A DNA stretch of 60,274 nt from NCBI GenBank assembly GCA_043805415.1, contig JAZDHZ010000010.1:1-60274 (forward strand). The letters are read 5' to 3'. This document shows positions 1-8,896 of the stretch, one piece after another. Positions within the stretch are counted from its first letter, which is position 1; each line of letters begins with the position of its first letter. The notes below the pieces were generated by a model. The model was given only the letters and a program-made list of their open reading frames with translations, was not told where the DNA came from and did not search any database. This stretch comes from Candidatus Omnitrophota bacterium (GTDB lineage Bacteria > Omnitrophota > Gorgyraeia > B26-G9). The translations under genes were made by a program, and so were the position numbers.

Positions 1-388
1 CATAATCATGCCCAATCATATTCATGGAATAATAATTATAAATAAACCTGTAGGGACAGCCCCGACGAAGGAGGGGTGCGAAGCCCAGGCTTCGCCGAGG
101 CGAGCAGGCACTGCCCTGTCCGCTAATAAAAATACAAAAAACAACAAATTATCCATTATTATTGGTTCGTTTAAATCCGCGGTTACAAAACAGATCAATC
201 AGATAAATAATAAATTTAAATGGCAACGTTCATTTTATGACCATATAATTCGCACCAATGATTCTTTAAACAAGATCCGTGAATACATTGTTAATAATCC
301 GGCAACATGGAATAATGATGAACATAATATTATAAATTATTCTATAGAGGACAAGGCATGCCTTGTCCCTACAGGATATTTATTGTAA
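1..388 (+). CDS. REP-associated tyrosine transposase (RAYT, IS200-like Y1/HUH family), 5' end cut by the window edge
   Basis: The frame is open from base 2 (IIMPNHIHGIII = HUH motif). It also has WQRSFYDHIIR (catalytic Tyr helix) and an NNPATWNNDEHN tail. Clear paralogue of 819..1475. The N-terminal part lies left of the window. Confidence 0.8.
   Translation, partial: IIMPNHIHGIIIINKPVGTAPTKEGCEAQASPRRAGTALSANKNTKNNKLSIIIGSFKSAVTKQINQINNKFKWQRSFYDHIIRTNDSLNKIREYIVNNPATWNNDEHNIINYSIEDKACLVPTGYLL
349..375 (-). repeat. REP-like unit (GTAG tetranucleotide + palindrome) inside the last codons of RAYT copy 1
   Basis: Perfect 20-nt palindrome GGACAAGGCATGCCTTGTCC followed by CTACAGG. On the minus strand this reads CCTGTAG + hairpin. 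The inverse partner CCTGTAGGGACAG lies at 47..59. Confidence 0.5.
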
Positions 389-566
389 AATTAAAATAAA
401 CCAAAATATAACCATTCGCTCCAAGGCAATCCTAGGAGCAGCGAATAGCGATTAGCGTTTAACGAATAGAAAAGCAGAAAAAAGCAGCGATTAGGGGTGA
501 GAATCGTCCCCTTTGGAATTTTTCAGCTGAGGTTCTTTGATTGAGGGGATTTGTACGGAGCCAGGA

Positions 567-658
567 GGGCGGAGCGCCGCTAAGACAGGGATGTTTTGTT
601 GGCGAGGAGGCACGCGGGTTTTTCGCGTGCCGGAGTGAATCACCGAAATCATCTTGCC
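567..658 (+). repeat. Hairpin-bearing intergenic element, copy S1 (family with 6131..6345 and 27443..27550)
   Basis: Shares ordered boxes with copy S3: GACAGGGATGT, GCGAG, then a GC-rich hairpin (GGCACGCG-ggttttt-CGCGTGCC at 609..631), then CGAAA..AT..TTGCC. It lies between the two RAYT genes. Confidence 0.55.
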
Positions 659-818
659 TGATGAACTTCAAAAAGAAGAACATCGCATAAAATTCCAGTG
701 GGGCGCGTTTTTCTTTGCTTCGTTTCTTTTGTAGCGCTCAAAAGAAATGAAGAAGGCATTTGTTATGGAGAAACGCGTAGATTTCTTTACTTGAGCGCAG
801 ATGTAATGGAAAATAATA

Positions 819-1475
819 ATGGATAAATCCCCGAAACGAAAAACAACACGATTAAAAGAATACAATTATTCCTTACCTGGTTATTATTTCGTAACAATTT
901 GTACATATAATCGAGAATGTCTGTTTGGCAATATAATTGATAATCAGATTAATTTAAACGATTCGGGCAAAATGATTGATGAAAGATTACAAACATTGCC
1001 TGAACATTATGATGATATATTGATAGATAATTATATTGTTATGCCCAATCACATTCATGCGATTATTATAATCAAAGAACCTGTAGGGGCGGCTCCCCGT
1101 GGCCGCCCAGGATTGCAATCAAATAATATTTTAATTGAAAATAATATATTCAGTAACGGGCCGGCACAGGGACAAAGTAACGGACAGGCACAGGGGCCTG
1201 TCCCTACAGGAAAATTATCATTATCGGATATAATTCATCGATTTAAATCATTGACAACGAAACGTTATATTGACGGCGTAAAAAATAACAATTGGCAACC
1301 TTTTGATAAACACGTTTGGCAAAGATCTTTTTATGATCATATAATACGAACAGATACAACATTGAAAAATATCCGCGCGTATATAATTAATAATCCCGCG
1401 ACATGGGATAATGATGAACATAATCCGAAAGATATTTATAACGGACAGGCACAGGGACCTGTCCCTACGGGTTAA
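819..1475 (+). CDS. REP-associated tyrosine transposase (RAYT, IS200-like Y1/HUH family), full length
   Basis: 218 aa. Motifs: YFVTICTYNRECLFG N-terminus, MPNHIHAIIII (HUH), WQRSFYDHIIR, NNPATWDNDEHN. A GC-rich insert encodes VGAAPRGRPG...GQAQGPVPTG. Confidence 0.85.
   Translation: MDKSPKRKTTRLKEYNYSLPGYYFVTICTYNRECLFGNIIDNQINLNDSGKMIDERLQTLPEHYDDILIDNYIVMPNHIHAIIIIKEPVGAAPRGRPGLQSNNILIENNIFSNGPAQGQSNGQAQGPVPTGKLSLSDIIHRFKSLTTKRYIDGVKNNNWQPFDKHVWQRSFYDHIIRTDTTLKNIRAYIINNPATWDNDEHNPKDIYNGQAQGPVPTG
1182..1210 (-). repeat. REP-like unit inside RAYT copy 2
   Basis: GGACAGGC-acaggg-GCCTGTCC hairpin followed by CTACAGG (minus strand: CCTGTAG + hairpin). It encodes GQAQGPVPTG. Confidence 0.5.
1443..1471 (-). 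repeat. REP-like unit at the 3' end of RAYT copy 2
   Basis: GGACAGG-cacaggga-CCTGTCC followed by CTACGGG. Near-identical to 1182..1210 and again encodes GQAQGPVPTG just before the stop codon. Confidence 0.5.
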
Positions 1476-1490
1476 AAATGAAGGAATCTA

Positions 1491-1519
1491 TTGACAAATA
1501 ATTTGTTTTCAGGTATGAT
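1491..1519 (+). promoter_or_regulatory. Sigma70-like promoter (TTGACA-17-TATGAT) upstream of the AbrB-like gene
   Basis: TTGACA at 1491..1496, a 17-nt spacer, TATGAT at 1514..1519. It lies about 58 nt upstream of the ATG at 1577. Confidence 0.5.
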
Positions 1520-1576
1520 TAATATGTAATTTCATACTTTTCATATTTATCAAACGCGAAGCCTAAGGAGGCTGAG

Positions 1577-1825
1577 ATGAAGGATTCACCCGAAGTATTT
1601 GGAACCGTGACTGTGGGCCAAAGAGGCCAGGTGGTTATTCCGATGAAAGCGAGAAAAGCGCTTAAGCTGAAACCCGGGGATCAGCTTATTGTCATGTCCG
1701 GGCCTCCAGGCAAAAATGATATTATCAGCTTTATCCCAGCTAAGAGTTTGGCTGGATTCTTAAAACATTTTGAAACCCGAATTGATGCTTTGAAAAAGGA
1801 GCTTTCCAAGCAAGAGAAAAAATAA
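1577..1825 (+). CDS. AbrB/MazE/SpoVT-family DNA-binding protein
   Basis: VTVGQRGQVVIPMKARKALKLKPGDQLIV is a typical SpoVT-AbrB swapped-hairpin motif. AAGGAGG RBS upstream. Confidence 0.7.
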   Translation: MKDSPEVFGTVTVGQRGQVVIPMKARKALKLKPGDQLIVMSGPPGKNDIISFIPAKSLAGFLKHFETRIDALKKELSKQEKK

Positions 1826-1898
1826 TTTTTTTAATTTTCTTATTTTGAGACGCATAGCTGTTTTAATCAGGGAAATATCTGGGGGAATCAAACTTTAA

Positions 1899-3182
1899 AT
1901 GTCTAAATTAACTTATAAAATCACGGTTTTTAGCTTAGGTTTATTTTTATTCTGCGGAGCAATGCCAGGATTTGTAATGGCCGAAGAAGTCCTGACCTGG
2001 GATGATTGCGTTAAAGAAGCATTGCAGAAACATCCGGAATTAATGTCTGCCCATGAACAAGTTGTCCAGTCCCGCGCGGATAAAAATATCAGCACTTCAA
2101 ATATCTTACCGCAGATATCAACGCAAGCCAGCGGGAAAAAATCCAAAGTAGAGGGAAGTGACGAGACTAAAGATTACGCTTATAGCGTTTCCGCTGAGCA
2201 ATTGCTGTTTGACGGATTTAAAACAAGCTCAAATATTCACGCCGCGGTAAAGACGCTTGACGCCGCGGAATATAATTATTTAGTCGCTTCTTCTGATATC
2301 CGGCTGAGTTTAAATACCGCGTTTTCCGGTTTATTAAGAGCGCAGGAGCTTATCGCTCTTACCGAAGAAATCGCTAAACGCAGAAAAGAAAATTTAAAGC
2401 TGGTTAAAATCAGATATGAGGCAGGCCGGGAACATAAGGGCGCGGTTTTAACCGCGGAAGCGGATCTGGCTCAGGCGGATTTTGAAGTGTCTCAAGCTAA
2501 AAGAAATATTTTATTAGCCCAGCAGGAGTTGAGTAATCAGCTGGGCCGGGATAAAAGAACTTTGATCAAAGTCGCGGGTGATTTGAATATTGAATCAATC
2601 ACTGATTCTAATCCGGACTGTGAAGTTTTAGCGGATAATACTCCATTTCTTAAAGCCCTAGTTTCCAGAAAAGAAGCAGCCAGGTTTAATTACAGTTCCG
2701 CGAAAGGGGATTTATTTCCTAAGGTTTATTTGAATGGTTCATTGGGCAGAAGTAATTCAGATTGGCCTCCGCAAGAAGATGCCTGGTCAGCAGGCTTAAC
2801 TGTTTCTCTGCCTTTGTTTGAAGGCGGCAGCAGAATATATCAGATTAATAAAGCTAAATCGCAATGGAAGCAAGCCCAAGCCAGTGAACGCAGCGGCCGG
2901 GACAGTGTGGTTTATACCTTAGAAAAAACCTGGAAAGATCTGCAGGACGCGCTGGAAACAGTTTCTGTTGAAAAAAAATTTCTCGCGGCAGGTTTAGAGC
3001 GGGCGAAGATTGCCAACGCGCAATATTCCTCAGGGCTTACTGCTTTTGACGACTGGATTATTATTGAGAACAATCTGGTGAGTGCTAAAAAAGCTTATCT
3101 TGACGCGCAGGAAAATTTATTAGTCGCCCAAGCCTATTGGATTCAAGCAAAAGGGGGAATATTAGAGTATGTTAAAAAATAA
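1899..3182 (+). CDS. TolC-like outer membrane efflux protein (OEP family)
   Basis: 427 aa with a signal peptide and two OEP-type coiled-coil/beta repeats. It sits directly upstream of the adaptor and MacB-type pump. Confidence 0.8.
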   Translation: MSKLTYKITVFSLGLFLFCGAMPGFVMAEEVLTWDDCVKEALQKHPELMSAHEQVVQSRADKNISTSNILPQISTQASGKKSKVEGSDETKDYAYSVSAEQLLFDGFKTSSNIHAAVKTLDAAEYNYLVASSDIRLSLNTAFSGLLRAQELIALTEEIAKRRKENLKLVKIRYEAGREHKGAVLTAEADLAQADFEVSQAKRNILLAQQELSNQLGRDKRTLIKVAGDLNIESITDSNPDCEVLADNTPFLKALVSRKEAARFNYSSAKGDLFPKVYLNGSLGRSNSDWPPQEDAWSAGLTVSLPLFEGGSRIYQINKAKSQWKQAQASERSGRDSVVYTLEKTWKDLQDALETVSVEKKFLAAGLERAKIANAQYSSGLTAFDDWIIIENNLVSAKKAYLDAQENLLVAQAYWIQAKGGILEYVKK

Positions 3183-4128
3183 ATTATTTTTAGGTGTCAT
3201 AATAAGTCTAGTTTGTTTAGGGAGTATAGGCTATTTTTATAAAACAAAAAACTCCGCGGCTGAGAATGGCTTGTTTCAGGAAATAAATCCGGAAATCGGC
3301 AATATTCAGCTGACTGTGTCAACCACAGGAGTTGTTGAACCGCAAAACCGTTTAGAAATAAAACCCTCGATCAGCGGCCGAATCGAGGAAATTCTGGTTC
3401 AAGAAGGCGATGGAGTTAAAAAAGGCGATATCCTGGCGTGGATGAGTTCAACTGAAAGAGCAGCGCTTATTGACGCGGCAATTTCTCAAGGAGATCAGAC
3501 CCGGCAATATTGGGAAGAGGTTTATAAAAAAACCCCGATTATCTCCCCGATTGACGGCAAAGTGATTGTCCGGACTTTTGAGCCTGGGCAGTCAATTACC
3601 ACCAGTGACGCTTTACTGGTATTATCGGATAGGCTGATTGTTAAGGCGCAGTTTGATGAAACCGATATTGGCCGGGTAAAAATCAAACAGCAGGCAAGTA
3701 TAACTCTGGACGCGTATCCCAAAGATAAGATTAAGGGAACAGTAGATCATATTGCCTATGAATCGCAGTTAGTTAATAATGTCACAATTTATGATGTTGA
3801 TATTGTTCCTCTGGCAGTTCCGGAATTTTTCCGTTCCGGCATGAGCGCGAATGTTGAGGTTATTGAAAATTCACGGACAGGAGTAATCTTAATTCCGCTG
3901 GAAGCTGTGCGGGATGAGGACGGGAAAAAATTTGTGATGATCAAGAAAAAACAAGGCAAGGGCAGCGAAAAACGGCAGGTCAAATCGGGTTTGACGGATA
4001 TTAACAATGCAGAGATAATTTCCGGATTAACTTTAGCGGATATTGTTATTATTAAAGATCAAAAATATGTACCTAAAAAACAAGAGACAGGAACAAATCC
4101 GTTTATGCCGTCTCGCAAGAAAAAATAA
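3169..4128 (+). CDS. Efflux periplasmic adaptor (HlyD/MacA family)
   Basis: N-terminal TM helix, a lipoyl-like motif (GRIEEILVQEGDGVKKGDILA) and beta-barrel domains. It overlaps both neighbouring genes. Confidence 0.8.
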   Translation: MLKNKLFLGVIISLVCLGSIGYFYKTKNSAAENGLFQEINPEIGNIQLTVSTTGVVEPQNRLEIKPSISGRIEEILVQEGDGVKKGDILAWMSSTERAALIDAAISQGDQTRQYWEEVYKKTPIISPIDGKVIVRTFEPGQSITTSDALLVLSDRLIVKAQFDETDIGRVKIKQQASITLDAYPKDKIKGTVDHIAYESQLVNNVTIYDVDIVPLAVPEFFRSGMSANVEVIENSRTGVILIPLEAVRDEDGKKFVMIKKKQGKGSEKRQVKSGLTDINNAEIISGLTLADIVIIKDQKYVPKKQETGTNPFMPSRKKK

Positions 4129-6086
4129 TGATTGAAATCAATAATATTTCTAAGACCTACCATGCTGACGCAGTGCCGGTTTACGCGCTGCGCGGCGTCA
4201 GTCTTTCCATAAAAGCCGGGGAGTTTGTGGCGATTATGGGTCCATCCGGATCAGGTAAATCCACGCTTTTACACTTGCTCGGATTTCTTGACCGGCCGGA
4301 TACGGGTGAGTATAAGATATTTAATACGGAAATTTCCCATTTAAATGATACTGAACTAGCCGCTTTGCGAAACCGTTTAGCGGGTTTTGTGTTTCAGCAA
4401 TTTCATCTTCTGCGCAGAATAAGCGCCATTGAAAATGTGGGATTGCCTTTGATTTACGCCGGGAAAACTGATATCCAAGATAAAGCTTTTGAAAAACTCA
4501 AAGCCGTGGGATTAGCGGAACGGAAAACCCATAAACCGAATGAGCTTTCCGGAGGCGAACAGCAAAGAGTGGCTATTGCCCGGGCATTGATTAATGATCC
4601 AATGATAATTTTCGCCGATGAGCCCACGGGAAATCTGGACACTAAGAGCGAAGAAGAAATAATGAAAATTTTAAAAAAGCTCAATGAACAGGGCAAGACA
4701 ATTATTATGGTTACGCATGAGCGGGAAATTGCTGAGCAGGCGCAAAGGATTATCACCATGCGTGACGGCAAAATCCAATCTGATGTTTATATTGATAAGA
4801 ATGCTCCTTTGGCAGAAATCGCCAAAGATGATTTGTCAATTGCTGATATTGTTTCGCAAAAACATTCCGCGTTTAGCCATATGGAATTTATCCAGCATTG
4901 CCATCAAGCGTTTCAAGCCATTCTTTCGAATAAAGTCAGGTCATTTCTTTCAATTTTAGGGATTCTTTTTGGCGTGGCCGCGGTAATCGCGATGATGGCT
5001 TTAGGGGAAGGGGCTAAATTATCAATGGAGCTGCAGCTTAAATCACTGGGGTCAAATCTCCTGTCAATCAGCGGAGGACACGCGCAAATACATGGGTCTT
5101 CTTCAGCAACTGTAACCAGGTTTACTTTTGAAGATGTCGCGGCAATAAAAGAACTGTCGGCTTATATCAAAAGAGCCAGCGGCAGCTGCCGGGGAAGCGC
5201 TCAAATTGTTTATGAGAATGAGAATTGGAATACGAGTGTTGAAGGGGTAGGTTATGATTATGGCCAAATGCGGGCGACAATTCCCGAAATCGGCCGTTGG
5301 TTTACCCCAGAGGAAATCAGCCGCAGAGATAAAGTGGCGATTATCGGAATTACTGTTGCCGGCAAAATTTTTAATAATCGAAATCCCCTAGGTAAACAGA
5401 TAAAAATAAACCGGATTAATTTTCAAGTAATCGGCCTTGCTCCGGAAAAAGGATCAGGCGGCTGGCGAGACCAGGATGATGTTGTGTATATTCCGCTGAC
5501 CACGGCAATGTACCGTGTGCTGGGTAAAGATTACCTTGATCAGATTTATGCCGAGGTTGCTGATGTCGGATCAATGGCTGCTGCTCAGGAGCAGATCAAA
5601 AATATTATTAAAAAGCGGCATAAATTATACAAAGACGATGATTCTTTTGAGATCCGCGATATGAGTGAAATTCAGAAAATGCTGACCAGTACAACTCAAA
5701 CCATGAGTCTGCTTTTAGGCAGCATTGCCGCTATATCGCTTTTAGTCGGGGGCATTGGAATCATGAATATTATGCTAGTGTCTGTTACCGAGCGGACGCG
5801 GGAAATCGGATTACGGAAAGCCATTGGCGCTCGGAGCAAGGATATAATGTTTCAATTTTTAATTGAAGCAGTGGTCATGACTTTTAGCGGCGGTTTAATC
5901 GGTATCCTCCTGGGAGCCGGCGCGGCTTTTATTATGGCCGCGGTTGTGGGCTGGGCAACCAAGGTTTCGCTGTTTAGTATTATTTTATCAACCACATTTT
6001 CCATTGCCGTGGGAATAGGCTTTGGCTTATGGCCGGCAAAAAAAGCCGCGGAACTTAACCCTATCGAAGCCTTGCGTTTTGAATAA
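4128..6086 (+). CDS. macB: MacB-type ABC transporter, fused ATPase + FtsX-like permease
   Basis: Walker [10 protein letters not shown], signature [15 protein letters not shown], Walker B IIFADEPT. The C-terminal part has a MacB periplasmic domain and four TM helices. 652 aa. Confidence 0.85.
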   Translation: MIEINNISKTYHADAVPVYALRGVSLSIKAGEFVAIMGPSGSGKSTLLHLLGFLDRPDTGEYKIFNTEISHLNDTELAALRNRLAGFVFQQFHLLRRISAIENVGLPLIYAGKTDIQDKAFEKLKAVGLAERKTHKPNELSGGEQQRVAIARALINDPMIIFADEPTGNLDTKSEEEIMKILKKLNEQGKTIIMVTHEREIAEQAQRIITMRDGKIQSDVYIDKNAPLAEIAKDDLSIADIVSQKHSAFSHMEFIQHCHQAFQAILSNKVRSFLSILGILFGVAAVIAMMALGEGAKLSMELQLKSLGSNLLSISGGHAQIHGSSSATVTRFTFEDVAAIKELSAYIKRASGSCRGSAQIVYENENWNTSVEGVGYDYGQMRATIPEIGRWFTPEEISRRDKVAIIGITVAGKIFNNRNPLGKQIKINRINFQVIGLAPEKGSGGWRDQDDVVYIPLTTAMYRVLGKDYLDQIYAEVADVGSMAAAQEQIKNIIKKRHKLYKDDDSFEIRDMSEIQKMLTSTTQTMSLLLGSIAAISLLVGGIGIMNIMLVSVTERTREIGLRKAIGARSKDIMFQFLIEAVVMTFSGGLIGILLGAGAAFIMAAVVGWATKVSLFSIILSTTFSIAVGIGFGLWPAKKAAELNPIEALRFE

Positions 6087-6130
6087 AACTCCGCCTAGAT
6101 AATCATTCCAACTCTCTTATGTGTCCTTGC

Positions 6131-6345
6131 GGCAAAAACACATCTTTTAGCTAAGCCTGAGCCTGCATCGTGCAGGCCCAGCCGCGCGTTCTCACTAAGG
6201 ATTCCGAAAATATCTGCTAGGTCGCAGCTATTTCGGACTAAATTCGAGCAGGCTGACTTGACCTCGCTAATATTTATCATAACCTTAGTCTAATGGCTCG
6301 GTAAGTCAGGCTCTCATTTAAAGCGCCGCTAAAAGAGAATTTTTG
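6131..6345 (-). repeat. Hairpin-bearing intergenic element, copy S2 (inverted relative to S1/S3, with an internal insertion)
   Basis: The reverse complement of 6131..6195 aligns base for base with 27486..27550 (about 9 differences in 65 nt). The hairpin is GCCTGCA-tcg-TGCAGGC. The distal box AAAGCGCCGCTAAAAGA at 6323..6339 matches the S3 box at about 27438..27455 in inverted orientation. Confidence 0.6.
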
Positions 6346-6520
6346 CCCAGCGGATCGGCTATTAGCTATAACTGGTGACCTTGTGTAATATGTTTGCGCG
6401 TTTCCGAGTTCACGCGTTAGCGTGTTACAAACATAACAAATTAGTTCTAACTCGATAACGCGGCAACGCGAAAACTCATAACTAATAATTCATAACTCAT
6501 AACTATTAACTACCCGCTAT
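6346..6520. repeat. Mosaic intergenic 'word' repeat region R2
   Basis: Contains ACTGGTGACCTTG (shared with 22139..22152). Contains CTCATAACTAATAATTCATAACTCATAACT, which is the inverted form of the module at 13896..13949 and 22802..22855. An imperfect inverted repeat GTAATATGTTTG...CAAACATAAC is also present. Confidence 0.55.
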
Positions 6521-6655
6521 ATATAATATATTGACAAAAATCAGTAAAACTCTCAGAATATGTATGAGGTTTGAATAAAGCAAATATCAAAGAAAGGATG
6601 TCTTTCCTTATTGTTCGGAGTAAATTCCAGGGATTTATACTAGGGGAAGAGAATT

Positions 6656-7330
6656 ATGCGCATATTATTAGTGGAGGATGAAAAAAAGATTGCCAGTTTT
6701 ATTGAGCGAGGGCTTAAGGCACACCGCTATATCGTAGATATTGCTTCTGACGGAGAACATGGCTTGGAGTTGGCGGAACTAAATCATTATGATTTAATTA
6801 TTCTGGATATTATGCTGCCGGGCAAAGACGGGATTACTGTTTGTAAAGACCTAAGGGATCAGGGAATTGATAGTCCGGTAATGATGCTTACTGCTAAAAG
6901 TTCAGTTACAGATAAAGTGCATGCTTTGCATTCAGGCGCGGATGACTATTTGGTCAAACCTTTTTCTTTTGAAGAGTTTACGGCCAGAGTAGCTGCCTTG
7001 CTTAGGCGGACAAGAAAGGAAAAGACCTCAATTTTAAAAATAGGCGATATCGTGCTTGATCAGATGACGCATAAAGTCACAAAAGCTGATCAGGAACTAT
7101 TGCTTACTCCCAAGGAATATAGTCTTTTAGAATATTTTATGCTTAATGCCGATCAAGTAATAACCCGGACAATGATATCAGAACATGTGTGGAATGAGGA
7201 TTTTGACAGCTTTTCCAATATTATCGATGTTTTTATCAATAACTTGCGCGGCAAGCTTGATTCTGATCGGAAAAAAAGCTGTATTCAAACCATTCGCGGT
7301 GTTGGCTATACTTTAAAAAGCAAAACCTAA
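6656..7330 (+). CDS. OmpR-family response regulator
   Basis: Receiver domain (DLIILDIMLPGKDG, phospho-accepting Asp) plus a winged-helix output (TIRGVGYTL). Confidence 0.9.
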   Translation: MRILLVEDEKKIASFIERGLKAHRYIVDIASDGEHGLELAELNHYDLIILDIMLPGKDGITVCKDLRDQGIDSPVMMLTAKSSVTDKVHALHSGADDYLVKPFSFEEFTARVAALLRRTRKEKTSILKIGDIVLDQMTHKVTKADQELLLTPKEYSLLEYFMLNADQVITRTMISEHVWNEDFDSFSNIIDVFINNLRGKLDSDRKKSCIQTIRGVGYTLKSKT

Positions 7331-8835
7331 TGAGAATTAATTCAATAAAATTCAAACTTTGCGTTCTCTATGTCGGAGCTCTGGGGCTTCTCCTGGTAGC
7401 TTACCGGGGCGTGCTTTACTATAATCTTTATCAGAATTTGTACCGGGATTCAGATGCCCGGCTGATTGCCAAAGCAGATGCGGTATATAAAAACCTCCGG
7501 GTATTTACCGCGCCGCTTAAAGAATCAAAAAGAGCAGTTATCTTTGGAACCAGAAGAATGCTGGGTGTTGATGTTACCTATCCGGATAAAACCCAGTTGA
7601 TGCGCATAGAAGATATATGGCTTAAGCGCAGAGATGAGCTTGGCTTGAATAAAGATTATATTAATCTTTTGAATGAAGAAGGCAAGACAGTTGTGAGTTC
7701 GCCGAATATTGATAAAGGTTTGAGCCATTTTCTTGAGAAATACGCAAAGGCAGATAATAAACAACAGGCTTTTTATAATCTAGTTTATAAGGAAAGCCTG
7801 AACCTGAGAATAATCGTTATGCCGGTTGATTTCGCGGATCTGGGCAAATATACGATTCAGATCGGTATAACCACTGACCCGATAATTTATATTTTGCGCG
7901 AACGGATTAATAAAAGCGCGATCAGTATTCCTTGGATTATGTTTTTAGCAGTGGTGATCAGCTATTTCATGGTGTGGCTTATTTTACGGCCGGTTAAACA
8001 GGTTGCAAAAATTGCCAATGATATTTCCCATGAAAATCTAAGCGCAAGAGTCAATGTGCAGAATATTGACCAGGAAATGAAATATCTTGCTGAATCATTT
8101 AATGATATGATTGAAAGGCTTGAAGAATCGTTCACCTATGTTGAGGAGTTTAGTTCATATGTTGCCCATGAACTAAGAACTCCGCTTACGATTATCAAAG
8201 GAGAGACAGAGGTGGCTTTGCAAACTGACCATACGCATGAAGAATGTAAAGCAGTGATGCGGTCTAATCTGCAGGAAGTGGAAAGGATGCTTAAGACAAT
8301 TGACCATTTGCTGTTGCTCGCGGATATGAATTACCGTAAACAGTCTGTTAATTTTGAACGAGTTGAGTTAGGAGAATTTTTAAAAGATATCCATGAAAAA
8401 AGCACTATGTTAGCAGCAGCAAAACAGATCACAGTTATGCTTGAAATGTCTAAGGACAAAATAGAACTAATGGCCAATCGCAATGAATTACGCAGATTAT
8501 TTTTTAATCTTATTGAGAACGCGATTAAGTTTACCCCTCCTGGCGGGATGATTGAGCTAAGCGTAAAACAGCAAAAAAACAAAGTCCAGATCAGTATCGC
8601 GGATACCGGTATTGGCATAAAACAAGAAGATATCCCTAAAATATTTAATAAATTTTTCCGTGCTTCCGGCGAAGAAAAGGAAAAACCTCTGGGCAGCGGT
8701 TTAGGGCTGGGGATTGCTCAGTCGATTGCCCGGATCCACCAGGGCCGAATTGAAGTTATCAGTCAACCGAAAAAAGGTTCGACTTTTACTGTGACCCTGC
8801 CGATTGCCCCATCTCTAAACATTAAGAAAAATTAA
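7330..8835 (+). CDS. Sensor histidine kinase (HAMP-HisKA-HATPase_c)
   Basis: Two TM segments, H-box SYVAHELRTPLT, N box NLIENAIKFT, G boxes DTGIGI and GSGLGLGIA. Its start overlaps the regulator stop (TAATG). Confidence 0.9.
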   Translation: MRINSIKFKLCVLYVGALGLLLVAYRGVLYYNLYQNLYRDSDARLIAKADAVYKNLRVFTAPLKESKRAVIFGTRRMLGVDVTYPDKTQLMRIEDIWLKRRDELGLNKDYINLLNEEGKTVVSSPNIDKGLSHFLEKYAKADNKQQAFYNLVYKESLNLRIIVMPVDFADLGKYTIQIGITTDPIIYILRERINKSAISIPWIMFLAVVISYFMVWLILRPVKQVAKIANDISHENLSARVNVQNIDQEMKYLAESFNDMIERLEESFTYVEEFSSYVAHELRTPLTIIKGETEVALQTDHTHEECKAVMRSNLQEVERMLKTIDHLLLLADMNYRKQSVNFERVELGEFLKDIHEKSTMLAAAKQITVMLEMSKDKIELMANRNELRRLFFNLIENAIKFTPPGGMIELSVKQQKNKVQISIADTGIGIKQEDIPKIFNKFFRASGEEKEKPLGSGLGLGIAQSIARIHQGRIEVISQPKKGSTFTVTLPIAPSLNIKKN

Positions 8836-8896
8836 TTTTATCTTCATCTTCTCTTAATTATCATTCATATATACTTTCCGCATAGGGGAAGTATAT

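Noticed and set aside
459-865. ORFs 459..683 (-) and 668..865 (-) between the two RAYT genes
   Set aside because: They lie in repeat- and hairpin-rich non-coding DNA (element S1, word repeats). Their composition is odd and Arg/Pro/Ser/Phe-rich, they have no RBS, and 668..865 overlaps the start of the real RAYT gene. They are treated as spurious.
6095-6280. 61-aa ORF on the minus strand downstream of macB
   Set aside because: It coincides with hairpin element copy S2. The homologous copies S1 and S3 do not preserve any reading frame.
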